Assembly (NCBI GenBank): GCA_964234715.1
Contig: OZ174277.1
From: Podarcis melisellensis
Lineage: Eukaryota
DNA: 64,000 nucleotides
Reading direction: 5' to 3' (one strand)
Shown: positions 14,276 to 26,243 of the stretch, piece by piece
Layout: every line of letters begins with the position of its first letter
Position numbering within the stretch: the first letter of the stretch is position 1
Made by a program: the position numbers and the translations under genes
The notes under the pieces: model-generated
Databases searched by the model: none
What the model was told of the DNA's origin: nothing
Seen by the model: the letters and a program-made list of their open reading frames with translations, nothing else

Positions 14276-14501
14276 CAGTGGTACCTTGGGTTACATACGC
14301 TTCAGGTTACAGACTCCGCTAACCCAGAAATAGTACCTCGGGTTAAGAACTTTGCTTCAGGATGAGAACAGAAATCCTGCTCTGGTGGCACGGCGGCAGC
14401 AGGAGGCCCCATTAGCTAAAGTGGTGCTTCAGGTTAAGAACAGTTTCAGGTTAAGAACGGACCTCCGGAACGAATTAAGTACTTAACCCGAGGTACCACT
14501 G
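14276..14501. mobile_element. Tc1/mariner MITE, family A
   Basis: Same TIRs and body as 3072-3301. Confidence 0.85.
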
Positions 14502-15636
14502 TTATGGGTTTACCTTGAGGCTGTTTAGGACATGGAACCTTCTAGTCTATTTTCCAGTGTGCAAGTGCAAATCTCCTGCAAAGATTGTTGGTAAAAATGT
14601 GAGGAAGGTTGGTGTTTAATCCCAGTGTTTCAGAAAGCAGCTGATGAGGTGGTTACAAATGAATTTGCCATTGATGTGAATCCTGAACCAGATACTTAAC
14701 ACATGGCTACAACGCTGCATTGACTCTTAAGTGCCAGTATGTCAAGTGAGCCAGTGTAGCGGTTAGTTCTGGGCTAGAGCTAGAGACACCCAGGATCTAA
14801 TCCCTACTCAGCCATGGAGCTGGTTATGAAGGGAAAGCAGGGCATCACGGGGAACCTATGGCTCTTTAGGAGATGACAATTTCCAATTCCCACCAGCCCC
14901 AGCAAGCATCACCAGTGGCAAAGGAGGATGGAAAATGTGGTTAAACAGCACCTGAAAGGCCACAGGTTCCCCATCCCTCAATGCTAAATCACCTTGAGCT
15001 CTCTGGAAGAAGGGTGGGATGTAAACTTTGTAACTAAATGTCAATATAAATAGGTGTTTGTTTAATTAAAAAACCCCTGAGTTGCAACAAAATAGGTTTG
15101 GGAGGTCAGCGCCCAAACTGCACCATTGATCCTACATTATAGTGTTGTAAAAGCATACAGTTCATCAGACTGGGACCTTTGTGTTCCCTTTCATTACTTG
15201 AGATGGATCCAAGTGTAATCCAGCCTTGCTGACACACATAAAGTTACACCTTCTCTGTCCTTGAGGCTCTAATGTAGTTTTAGCAGTTGGTCTGCTGGAA
15301 TGAATTGCTGCTACCTCAGAGCAAATTATCAACTTCAAGGTTGGAGCAGTGCAGCCCTTATCACTTATACATATCTCATTGGAATAGATCAGTAGTCTTC
15401 AGACCTGGGACCCGCCTTTAACCCAAACATGTATTGAAGCCATTTCTTAATTCTCACCACCACCAACATATTTGTATGAAGTTAGCACTGTTGTTGGTCC
15501 CAACCCACCAGTTGAATATCAGTGATGTAGAATATCTCATTTGCCATCTTGCAGATATCCTGCAAGAATCATGAATAGCTTTTTTAGCTGCTCAGTTCTA
15601 TATTTCAAGTAATTTCTCCCTCTCACATACTCAATA

Positions 15637-15837
15637 CAGAGGTACCTCGGGTTACAGACGCTTCAGGTTACAGACTCCGCTAACCCAGAAATAGTACCTC
15701 AGGTTTAGAACTTTGCTTTAGGATGAGAACAGAAATCGTGCTGCGGTGGCAGTGGGAGGCCCCATTAGTTAAATTGGCACCTCAGGTTAAGAACAGACCT
15801 CCAGAACGAATTAAGTTCTTAATCCGAGGTACCACTG
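15637..15837. mobile_element. Tc1/mariner MITE, family A
   Basis: Same family, TA flanks. Confidence 0.85.
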
Positions 15838-18171
15838 TACTCGGTTTTAAGGTAATTGCAAAAAAAAGCAAAGAAAAAAAGAAAAAATCACAGTGGTTAG
15901 GATGAATCCGAGATAAATTCACTGCTGCAGACTATGTACTAGAAGCATGTAACTGAAGTGTTAACCAGTGTGGCAGAAAGTCTCACGCTCCTTTGCAGTT
16001 CTCTAAGCAGCTGTCTTGAGATAGCTTATATCTTAACAGGAAACGACTTGGCAAGAGTGAAACAGCTAAATGTGTTGGGAGTCTAAATCATGATTGTGTC
16101 AGAAGTTCAAAGGAGGAAAAATGGAGGGGTACCTATATTGGGCCAGCTCATTTTACCTAACACTGTACTTCTAAGCCTTATATATTGCTTGGAGATTAAC
16201 TTTTATAGGCTCCCGTACCAAGAAATAAGAATTTCCGAGGCACTCCTTTCACTGCTTTATCTTAACTTACTGAATAAAAGAGCAGTTAACAAGAAGGATT
16301 AAGTAACTTGAGCAAATGGAATGTTAAAGGTGAAAATCTCACCTGCAGAAAACACTAAAACTCTACAGGCCTTACACACTTACAATGACTTAATTTGGAA
16401 CTCTGCTAAGAAGCCAAAAGGTGAAATCAGAGAGCAATAATCCACTGTTTTTATTCTGGGAATCTTTACTCCTGAGCTCTGGGGAAACTGTATAGTGGTG
16501 TTCCCTGCCTGGGACAAAAATGCCTTTACAAAAGCCAGCGTCTTTCAATGCAAGCATGACTTTTTAGCATAAAGGAACTCGTTAAGAGAAAAAATATGCC
16601 TTAAGACATAATACAATGAACAGTGTTGTGCTTACCTGGGAAAATGCAAGTGCCTTCCTAATTCTGCTTGGGTTGGGTTTCACACCATGTACATACAGAT
16701 GTTGCTGTACATGATGGAGCACAGTGGGAGGATTTCAGCGTCACACTAAGGTGATCGTTTAGTTAGGGCAAGCATTTTGGATTGCCGTACTGAGCAATCT
16801 CCCTTCTCCCCCCCCCTCACTCTTCTAATGGTTTTCCTGACCTCCTGAGCCAGTTTTGGGGTGGGGGTGGGGGGAAGAAAAGGTTTAATACCAAGAGCTC
16901 ACGGGTTGTATTCAACATAGTGCTAAGGCAGGCATTCTCCTTGCATAATGGGATGTTCTCTCCTCTCATCTTCCCCCTGCATCCTCCCAAATCTGTTCTG
17001 GGTTCCCCCCCCCCCCACAGCAGATTTGGGGATGGTGTGGGGGGCAGGAAGAGGAAGTCCTGTTGACTAGTGGTCATCCTTGCAAACGTGTGCAACTATG
17101 CCATGCCCCATACAACAGGGACTCTTAATGAATTTCAGCTAATCTACCACTGAACCAGATTCAAGGTTGTATTGTGGACGTGTTTGGACTAGTTCTGTTT
17201 AGATTTCTTTTTAATTTTTAGGGTACAACTTTTGTTAAATAATGCCCAAATGGCTTGGGGCCCAGTTTACTTCAGGAACACCTCTCTTCTCACATCTAGT
17301 CCATGAAATGAGATCTGCTGGGGGCGGAGAGCCCAGCCTAAAGGGAAAATGAGGGATAAGTTGTCCACCTGAAGGTTTTCTTAACAATATCTCCCTGGCT
17401 GGAGGGTAGGCTGGTGCCAACATCATACATGCTTTGGTGCTGCCTGAAGACCTGTTTTCTCAGGCTGGCTTTTAAAAACAGTAACACATGCCTGTGTACT
17501 GCGAAGCTTTTGCTATTGTGTTATGTATGCATTTGTTGTAACTTGTCCTAGGGCTTTCCAACCAAGTACAGGATGTAAGTTTTAAATAATAATAATAAAG
17601 TGTAGGAAAAGCCAGATTGACAGTGTTGCTCTGTACATTAAAGAGGACATCAGTCTAGAATCCAACAAGCTATAAATTCTGGATTCGGGCCCAGTTTGGA
17701 GCAAGCTTCCTTCGTCATGCTGGATGACCTAACCAAGAAGTGGACAGAGGGAATGATGGCTGCTTCAAGAGTGAAGTCTACAGGCTCCCTGAAATGAAAT
17801 GAAATGTTGTGGAGAAAAGTGTTCAGAAAATGTTCTAGAGTGAGGCTGTGATTAGTTGCTAGTTTGAACTTTTTTATGATTAGGATAGGCAGTGCTGCAA
17901 TGCCAGCATCAGCCTGGAGATAAGTACTTATCATCCAGAAGGGGTAGGACAGATGCTTACCTTTTGTGGACAACAATTAGAGCTAAAATAGTAAAATCTC
18001 TATACTTAGCCCTCACAGCAATGTTAAGTTTGGCACTTGGGCTTGTAGTGTATGAGCAATATATCCTGAACGCAGTGTTGGGAAGGAAGACAGTCTCAGC
18101 ATAATCCAGCCTGTGTACTCTATTGTTGATGAATAGTGATGGGACATTTCCCCCCCTTTCCTTTTCTTTAG

Positions 18172-18267
18172 ACAAACCTTCCTATTTTCAAATTGAAGGA
18201 GTCTTGTGTCAGGCGAAGATACAGTGATTTTGAATGGCTTCGAAGTGAACTAGAAAGAGAGAGTAAG
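18172..18267 (+). CDS. SNX3: Sorting nexin 3, exon 2 (PX domain RRRYSDF motif)
   Basis: cttttctttag|ACA...AAG|gtaagg; [32 protein letters not shown]; 96 nt. Confidence 0.97.
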
Positions 18268-18627
18268 GTAAGGCAAAACATTTTCTTGGATACAAAGGTG
18301 TTGTGGCACTGAAAAAGGTTACACTGGGCTGTTAAGTAATGTGGTGTCAGTGATGGTGGTAAGGATTGCCAACTTAGTTCTGGAATTTACTGTGACCCAA
18401 GCACAGGCCATTCTGAATCCTTGCAGCTGTGTTTAAGCTTGGCACTTCTGTGCATCCCATATTAAATCAGCCATCCATCTTGAGTGCCATGTCTAAGGGA
18501 AGGGTACAGCCCATGTGCCCCTAAAACAAATTTTCTAGGCACTGTATTAAAAGCTAGATGCTTTCTACATAAAATAAGCAGTCTGTTTTTCAGTGTGTTA
18601 GTAATTTAGATCACAACTGTCTTTCAG

Positions 18628-18752
18628 GTTGTAGTGCCTCCCTTGCCTGGAAAAGCTTTTTTCCGCCAATTGCCTTTTAGAGGAGACGATGGGATATTTG
18701 ATGACTCTTTTATAGAGGAAAGGAAGCAAGGGCTCGAACAATTCATAAACAA
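18628..18752 (+). CDS. SNX3: Sorting nexin 3, exon 3
   Basis: ctttcag|GTT...AA|gtaagt; VVVPPLPGKAFFRQLPFRGDDGIFDDSFIEERKQGLEQFIN(K); 125 nt. Confidence 0.97.
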
Positions 18753-20942
18753 GTAAGTGCACTATTCTATTTCTTGAGTTGTGTAGAAATGTCAGTTGTG
18801 TAAAGGCAACCACATTATACATGCTTACATCTGTCACTGGCTCCGGTGGGTTTAGCAGTGCAGTTGCTCTCATACCACGCAAAGCTCAGTTCACCTTTTT
18901 AAACGCTCCTGAACTACTTTCAGGGTTGAACTAGCATCTAAGCGCGATCAGCATCCAAGCTGAACAGTGTACAAATGCTTTAACATTTGCTGCAATGATT
19001 GAAGTATTTGTCGTGACCTGGGTTTTGTTTCAGTTTTGCTTAATTTATGCAAATTGCTAAAATTACAGCATGTAAAGATAGAATCATACAAATAAGGCTG
19101 GGGGGAGGTGGGGAGGGGCTGCGATTCATCAGCTGGAACAGTTAGGTTACAATCTGACTACGCAGCCTGAGAAGCTGATGCTCGTAATGTGGCAAAATGG
19201 TTTTTACACATAGCCTTGGCTAGGGTGGCCGTCTCTTCAGATTTGCTTACTGGAACAGTTAAGCCTTGGCTTCTGTATTAGGTCAGAGGGGGCAGTGACT
19301 GGAGTTGCATGGTAGTTTTGCCTCCTTGGCAGTTGCCTATAGGCTTTCCAATCCTGAAGTTGGAGGGGGATATAACAGGTAGTTGGGAATGCATTTTTCA
19401 TGTGTTTCTCCATCCTGTTTTCTGAAACCTGCTTATTTTAAGGCCTCTGGATATAAAGTGTAAACTATTTTATTTTGCTGGAAGAAGGCTGGGCCTACTA
19501 CTTCCTAGTTCTCCTTTAATTTATTAGAGGGAGGATTACCAGGATTGGTTCCATAGTTCCCCATCCCATTTTGCTTCTTGGAACCAATATTGGTCATCCT
19601 CCCTCTAATAAATCAAAGGAGAAGATGAACATTATCAAATCAAAAACACAGTTCTGAAAGTCCAGCTCATTTGGTAATAACTTATTTGGACATGATGGTC
19701 ACCTTTAATTGTTCATGGACTTTATTTGCATATAAATTAGGAATATGAGAATGCTTCTCATTGTCATTTTAGTATTTGTCCCAATAGCTTCATAATTGCA
19801 GTTCAATGGCATGAAATTTGTGCTTATGACATCTGATTAGACCGTGGCTTCAGCCACACGGCTGTTGATTCTGTTTTCCTGACGTTGCCCTGTTAATTTC
19901 CACATTATATTTGAGCTTTCACAGAATGTCAAAGCCACTTCCAGAAATACAGTGAAATATTGCTGAGGTTTTCATGTTATTTGCAAACAGATTGCTTCGG
20001 GGGGGGGGGGGAACTTGTTTGCAAATGACACAGGAATTGGCACTAAACTTGACATACCTTTTTGGATGTGGCTTTTATCTTGTGGAAAGCTTCAATATAA
20101 CATGGAAATTAGGAGGAGAACGTAGGGAAAATGTAATAAACTGCTGTGGGAATGTGGCCTGTCTCTAGTGAAGTGAATTTAAGTAGCAGGACTTGGGAAG
20201 GGTTGTCTGACTTGACAGTGCAGAGTCTGAAGACAATTAACAGTGCTAGGCAAGATGGGCCAGTGATCTTTTATAGCTGGCTTCTATCATCCATGAGCTC
20301 TCAACATCTCAGATGGCATCCAGTGGCTGCAGGAGGGGAGTGGCAGCTTTTGTAAGCAATCTTTCCCTCTCCGAAGACAGGTGGACCTACTGAATGCTGC
20401 AGGCTGAGTTGCACGCAGCTGAGTGGGAAGTGGAGGAGATGTGAAAGAAAAAGATTAGCTGTGCAGTTGAATACAGCCCCAGATTTTTGGATACCTTCTA
20501 AGACTGTCTTTAACTTGGCAGCTGTTTCTTGGGAAAGTAGGTTTGCTGCTGAGTCTTTGCATATAGGATGTGCTCAAAATTTCAAATGGCTAATAATGTC
20601 ATTTGCTCTATTCTCCTTGAGGGTGGGGGAGGGTACATTAGAGTCCTACCACAGACCTGCCCCCCTTAACCTTTGTCAGGAATGTTGACTTGTTTACAGT
20701 ATGATCTCTCTGAAAGCAGTCATGCTGATAGGATGCTAATTCTGGTAACTGGTGGATGGGTGGTAGCCCATTAGCCGTTGGTGGAGTTGTTTAAATGCCA
20801 CTTAAGACAGGGGAGAGTTTGATTTTTGTTGTTGTGGGGTATTTAAAAGCAAGTCTAAATTGGAAATCTTCCTGAAAGTTTGGGGTGGGAGAATGATTTT
20901 AAAACTGGAAGTCTAATTTTTTTTCTTCTTCTCAAATTCTAG

Positions 20943-21048
20943 AGTTGCAGGCCACCCCTTGGCGCAGAACGAACGCTGTCTTCATATGTTCTTGCAGGAT
21001 GAAGTAATAGACAAAACCTACACGCCCTCCAAAATAAGACATGCTTGA
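20943..21048 (+). CDS. SNX3: Sorting nexin 3, exon 4 (terminal coding part)
   Basis: ttctag|A GTT...; VAGHPLAQNERCLHMFLQDEVIDKTYTPSKIRHA*. Exon sum 162+96+125+106 = 489 nt = 162 aa plus stop. Confidence 0.97.
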
Positions 21049-21630
21049 ATGCTGCACAACACTTTAACTGGCATAAATGTTAGTGGTGACATACTTCGTC
21101 TAAGATATGTAGTTTAAGGTTTTTAGCATGCTGCAAACAAACTGGCACCAGAAGCCTTCGATATACTAACAGCACTGCGTGTTCTTTGCATTGATCTTTA
21201 TGGCATTAAAGAACTCTAGGTAAACCTGCTGTCAGACTGTTGATTAAATGGCTTTTAAAAATCTCAGTATTTTGAAACTCTTTCCTTCTTCCTTTTGCAA
21301 TGACCCTTGTGGTGGTTACTGACTCAGCCTTACTCGAACTTGCACTGTTTATGGTGTCGCACGTTCACTTTTCTTTGATTTTAAACACTAGAATATTTCT
21401 GTACAACAACTAGTATTCAACCTGCAATTTGGTGACTAACATGGTGCATTGTATTCAATACCCCCTTGTATAAAATAAGCACTTCTGTAGTTGTATCTTT
21501 AAGCTTGCGAGGGGCGGGGTGGGGGTGGGGCAGCCTTTGTACTGAGAAGCAATGAGGGAGCATTTCTTTATATTGTGTAAAAAGAAAACAGATTTGTATA
21601 CTAAGAACATTTGTCTAAAAGTTGTTTTGA

Positions 21631-21636
21631 AATAAA
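21631..21636 (+). terminator. Probable SNX3 polyadenylation signal
   Basis: AATAAA about 580 nt after the stop, preceded by U-rich and UGUA elements. Confidence 0.7.
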
Positions 21637-23443
21637 AAGTAAAAATGCACCTAGCATGTCCTTCCTGCTATGATGGGAAAAATAGTCCTTCTCTCTATAC
21701 CTTGGGCTGGCTTATCTCCCTGGATAAATGTCCCACTGCACTGTGTTTTATACTGGCTGTACCTTCCACTTAAGTAAATGGTTCTGAATTACTTGACTTC
21801 ATTCAGCTTGAAATACTAAAACTCCCATTGTAAGTTACAGTCCTATGTGTTATTGCTTTGGGGCAGGTCCTACATAAATCTTTGGGACTCCCGAGTTAAC
21901 AGGGATAGGATTGTTGGTTTCCTTCATATGGTCGTGCAGTTACAGTTTATGGAGTACTGAATCAAAATTATAGTGCTCCTTTCTCTTACTCTGGGTAACA
22001 ATACTCAGTGTAAGCTAGAATCATCATGCTATAGCTCTGAAGTCTATGAGTTTTCTGCATCTGAACGATTAATTGCATCCATTAGTATGTCAATGATTTC
22101 CTTGAACTTAACATAACTAACCCTTTGCAACACTCCCAAGTCCTAGGATCTAACCGCATAAGGAGCCAATCTGTAGGTTCTGTCAACATGGTGAACCAAA
22201 TTTTAATAGCTCAGATGTGTGTGTTTTAACAACTATCAAGTGTGCCATGGTGGAAGGCAACCCATGTAGGGTTGGAATCAGGAGTAACTCTTCACATTTT
22301 TTTTTTTTAAGCATTAATACCTGGCCATTCCTTTAATTCTGATGAAAAAGCAGCAGCAGAGCTTCACTCCAGAACATGTGCCATTCCAGATGAGGACCAA
22401 CTCTGGTTTACTGCTAAAACTTTCCCCATTCCTTGAGGGCATTTGCCCCCAAAGGTTCTGACAATAGGACAGCTCAAGAGGAGCATAAAGTCAATGCAGG
22501 GCCCCACAAGGGGTTTTTCTCTAAAGCTGACAGAATAAGTACACTTTTTAAAAAAGCATGACTTACCATGAATAGCTTTGCCTTCCAGGTTCATTAAACT
22601 ATGTATATAATACTGTCTTGCATGCCAATTTATTTCAGCAGTATGAGCTAAGATGGTTTTTCTAGATAGTTTTAAATCTTCTCTTGTACATACTCCTCTG
22701 CAGCTCTAGCTGAGACCCAACTAACTTTCATCACAGTTACGTATTTACTATTTTCTATGTGAGATGCTCAAGTAATGCTTATTGGTGGGTAGCTATAGAA
22801 ATTAGTGGAGCAGAAGAACTACTTCTGAAGGAACTATTCCAGTGGTGTTAGAATGGTGCTGTAGGCATCTTTTTGAAATATACTTGAGAAACTTAGACAG
22901 TAGCTGTTTGTTCACCTTCTAAGGCGACATTTGTGTCCAGGCACACTTAGCATGGAGGGGCAGTATTAAGCACCGAGGTGCTGCTGTGAGCCTCCTGTAC
23001 TATCTACAACCTTGTGTGATAAGGTCCTAAATTGTACTGGGAGCCTACCCTTCTGTAGCAGGCTGCGCACAGTTGCCATGAGCATGTGGGATGGAGCTGT
23101 GTGACTGGGGGATAGGACTAAAGGCAGAGCTCCTTGGGACTTGTGTTGCCCCTTCGTGCAAGCAATTGCTCAGTAGGGCTACTGCAACTGCAGGTAACCT
23201 TTGGCCCTCTATATGTTGCTGAACTGCAACTCCCATCATCCCTGGCAGTTGCTAATGGGGACTGATGGGATCTGTGGTTCAGCAACATCAGAGAGCCAAA
23301 GTACTCCACACCTGTTCACTTTTAAATAAAACATAGCAGTATACTCACCCCATTATATTTTTTTACCTGTTTCTTGGAAATTGCACCATCAGTGGGGAGT
23401 AATGTTTAATCAAAAGCTGTACCATTTTAAACTTAATATATTT

Positions 23444-23449
23444 TTTATT
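23444..23449 (-). terminator. Probable NR2E1 polyadenylation signal
   Basis: TTTATT on + (AATAAA on -) about 1.28 kb past the stop. Other TTTATT hexamers lie nearer the stop, so the site used is uncertain. Confidence 0.55.
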
Positions 23450-23867
23450 CTTTGTAAATACAATGAGTACAACCTTAACTTCACAAATCAGTTAATCCAT
23501 TTTTGTACAAGAGAAGTTTTACTCATTCTATGATACTTCAAGTGCTGGTTCTCCTTTCTCAGTGCTAGTTCCTAAAACAAATAAAAACTTGAAAAGTACA
23601 GCAGTTATCTTTTAATTCCCCCCTACATTTCCATAAGTGTATTCTCATCAAATTAAGCAGCTCATAATATGTGTGTTGTGTGAGGAGTGGTGAGAGAGAG
23701 AGAGGCTTTTATTAGAACCTGGACTTTTCTAAAAAGCCGCTAGAGTATTAGGTTTGTATTGATCAACCATCCTTTTCTTTCATTGTAAGATGGTTCAAAA
23801 CTGTTTTTATTATAAGTCAGGTACCTTTTTTGCACATCTCATTGACAAAGAGTTTGACCACCGTTGC

Positions 23868-23874
23868 CTTTGGT
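23868..23874 (-). promoter_or_regulatory. miR-9-5p 7mer-m8 seed match in NR2E1 3' UTR
   Basis: mRNA reads ACCAAAG, complementary to miR-9 nt 2-8 (CUUUGGU); a miR-9/TLX feedback loop is established in mammals. Confidence 0.65.
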
Positions 23875-24724
23875 TTCAGCACTATGCCAGTGGGACAGCT
23901 ATTAGTTCGCTGTATCAATCCTCTCCTTTTTCTTTTATTTGGTTTTGCTGTTTAGTCTTCGCTTAACATGCATTTTTTAAAAAGAAAAGAAAAACAACTT
24001 TTTATTTAAAGCTCTTTTGTCTGAGATGGTAATCTGAACTGATATGTTGGCCAGACGTAGGCGTGAAGTCCACCCCTTCGTGTGTTTTTTTTTAACAAGG
24101 AGGCATAGCCTATTGAATTCAAAAGGTATTTGCTGGCGTACTTCTTAAAAATCCATGATGAAGGCCACTTTTATTATTACGTTACAGATGAAGCAAATGT
24201 TTCTATAACCTGGTATTCAGTGTTGCCTCTCATATAAAAAGCATTCACTTAAACAAGCTACTTTAAAAAAAAAAAACCATTTTTGAAGGCCACCTCATGA
24301 CACATGACGACAGAACAATGTTTGGTTACCCCATTTTTCAAAGTATGAAGAAACAACAACCCTAAAGGACCTTCTTCTTTACCTTGTCACATCTGCCAAC
24401 TAAATGGCAGACTAGCACAGCCTTTGTTAACTATGAATGACAACTGAATTGGCTCCACCGGGAGAAGCAGCAGCCAAGTTCATTCTACAGCAGGTTTTTC
24501 CGCGGAGCACAGTATTTCCCCACCCACATCCCCAAGGACTCAAAGTTGCTCTGTTCAAGGCTGCAAAACCATATCTATTGGGTGTATTTTGTCACTAGGT
24601 TAAAACCTTTCCAGGCTCCAGCTTCTTGTAGAGTTTGTTAGCTGAGGCTTGCTCTCCATTGATCAAGAAGTTCTTCAGAAATGGTGACCCTGATCATTCT
24701 CATTTGCTCCCCCCCCAGGTCAGT

Positions 24725-24887
24725 CTAGATGTCACTGGATTTGTACATATCTGAAAGCAGTCTTGTGATTGGCACATTCCCAATGGTTTTTTTGAAAAAT
24801 ACTTCTTCTATTGTGGAGGGACTAATCGAACGTAAAGCTGGCAAAAGCAATAAGAGTTTCCCGAAGCGACAGGGCTGTGTGGGGTAC
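24725..24887 (-). CDS. NR2E1: NR2E1 (TLX) exon 9, LBD C-terminus and AF-2
   Basis: ttccag|G TAC...; YPTQPCRFGKLLLLLPALRSISPSTIEEVFFKKTIGNVPITRLLSDMYKSSDI*; 163 nt. Confidence 0.97.
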
Positions 24888-25694
24888 CTGGAAGGCAAGC
24901 ATGAGAGTTAATGCTATGGATATAAATAACACTCATAATATTTTTCATGTTGTTGATTGCCTTCGTGAAAGCCAACAATCAAAATGCCAACAAAATAGTA
25001 TACTTTAAGAAATCTGAATGTGGTAAAGTGCAAAGGTGGACAGACTTCAGGCTTGTAGAATCTACTTTTTTTTTTTTTTTTACTAGAAATCAATCAGACT
25101 AATGTACACAATAGTAACTCATGGGATAGATAGATACACATTAGAATTACACTTATGGGCACCTCTGAACACACGATCAGCCAAGAAATTTGCAGTACCA
25201 GAACTGCTCCCCAGTCTTTTCTGCCCACAGTGCCATTCCAGTATTCTGTCCCCCTTCTTTGTTTCAGCAGCCTAATGAGAGGAGGGCTTTTTGCTGTTGA
25301 TATCAGAAAATCGGGAATTGGAAGCCCTTGCAAACCTACTACAAATTCCAGAGATCTTCCTGTAGATTTCAATTTATCTTCTGCCCACTGCTAGTATAGT
25401 GGATGGAGTGAATGCTGGACTGGCTCAGATCTCTGCGCAGCCATGAGGTCCTCCCATTTGAAATCAGTGGGATTGGTTACTTGCAGAACTGTAGCTTGAT
25501 TCTACACTTTGATGATGTAACATGCTTCCCCCCCCCCCACAAAAAATCAGTCAAAATTCTAAAAATATAAATTTTCACCCATGAAAGCATTCCAAAACTC
25601 AACAAGATTGAAATTCCAGGCTAAAGCCAGCTCTCATTTACACAACAGATTAAAAGCCACTTCACAGAAGCAAAGTGTCTTAAAAATGCTAATA

Positions 25695-25938
25695 CAGTTG
25701 TACCTTGCAAGTCGAACAGAATCCGTTCCGGAAGTCCGTTCGACTTCTAAAACATTCAGAAACCAAAGCATGGCTTCGGATTGGCTGCAGGAAGCTCTTG
25801 CAGCCAATCAGAAGCTGCGGAAGCCCCATTGGAAATTCGGCTTCCAAAAATAGTTCACAGACAGTCACTTCCGGGTTTGTGGCATTCGGGAGCCAAAACG
25901 TTTGACTTGCAAGGCGTTTGGGATCCAAGGTATGACTG
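25695..25938. mobile_element. Tc1/mariner (Tigger-like) MITE, family B
   Basis: TA|CAGTTGTACCTTG...CAAGGTATGACTG|TA; internal inverted repeat GATTGGCTGCAG...TGCAGCCAATC. Confidence 0.75.
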
Positions 25939-26137
25939 TAATCTGATTGTGAAGAGAGAGAAGCTTTCTGTGCTGTTGTTTTAAATTCATTTTGTTTCTC
26001 ATCAGGTATTAAACATTACGCCCTTTATTTCTCTTCCCCCTTTCAACTGAATTATTTGCCTGGGATGAATAAACTTACTGCAGGTACAGCAAATTAAGAG
26101 CTTGGAGAAAAAATGTATTCAAATCTAGTGTCCTCAC

Positions 26138-26243
26138 CTAGTATGAATGTAGCTGTTCAGGGTGAGCTGAGCTTCATCTTGAAGAGCTGCAATGGCTGCA
26201 GCATTTCTAAAACTTCTGAGTTCAGAACCGCTATGCGTAGGTA
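26138..26243 (-). CDS. NR2E1: NR2E1 exon 8
   Basis: ttttcag|TA CCT...ACT AG|gtgagg; (V)PTHSGSELRSFRNAAAIAALQDEAQLTLNSYIHT(R); 106 nt. Confidence 0.96.
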
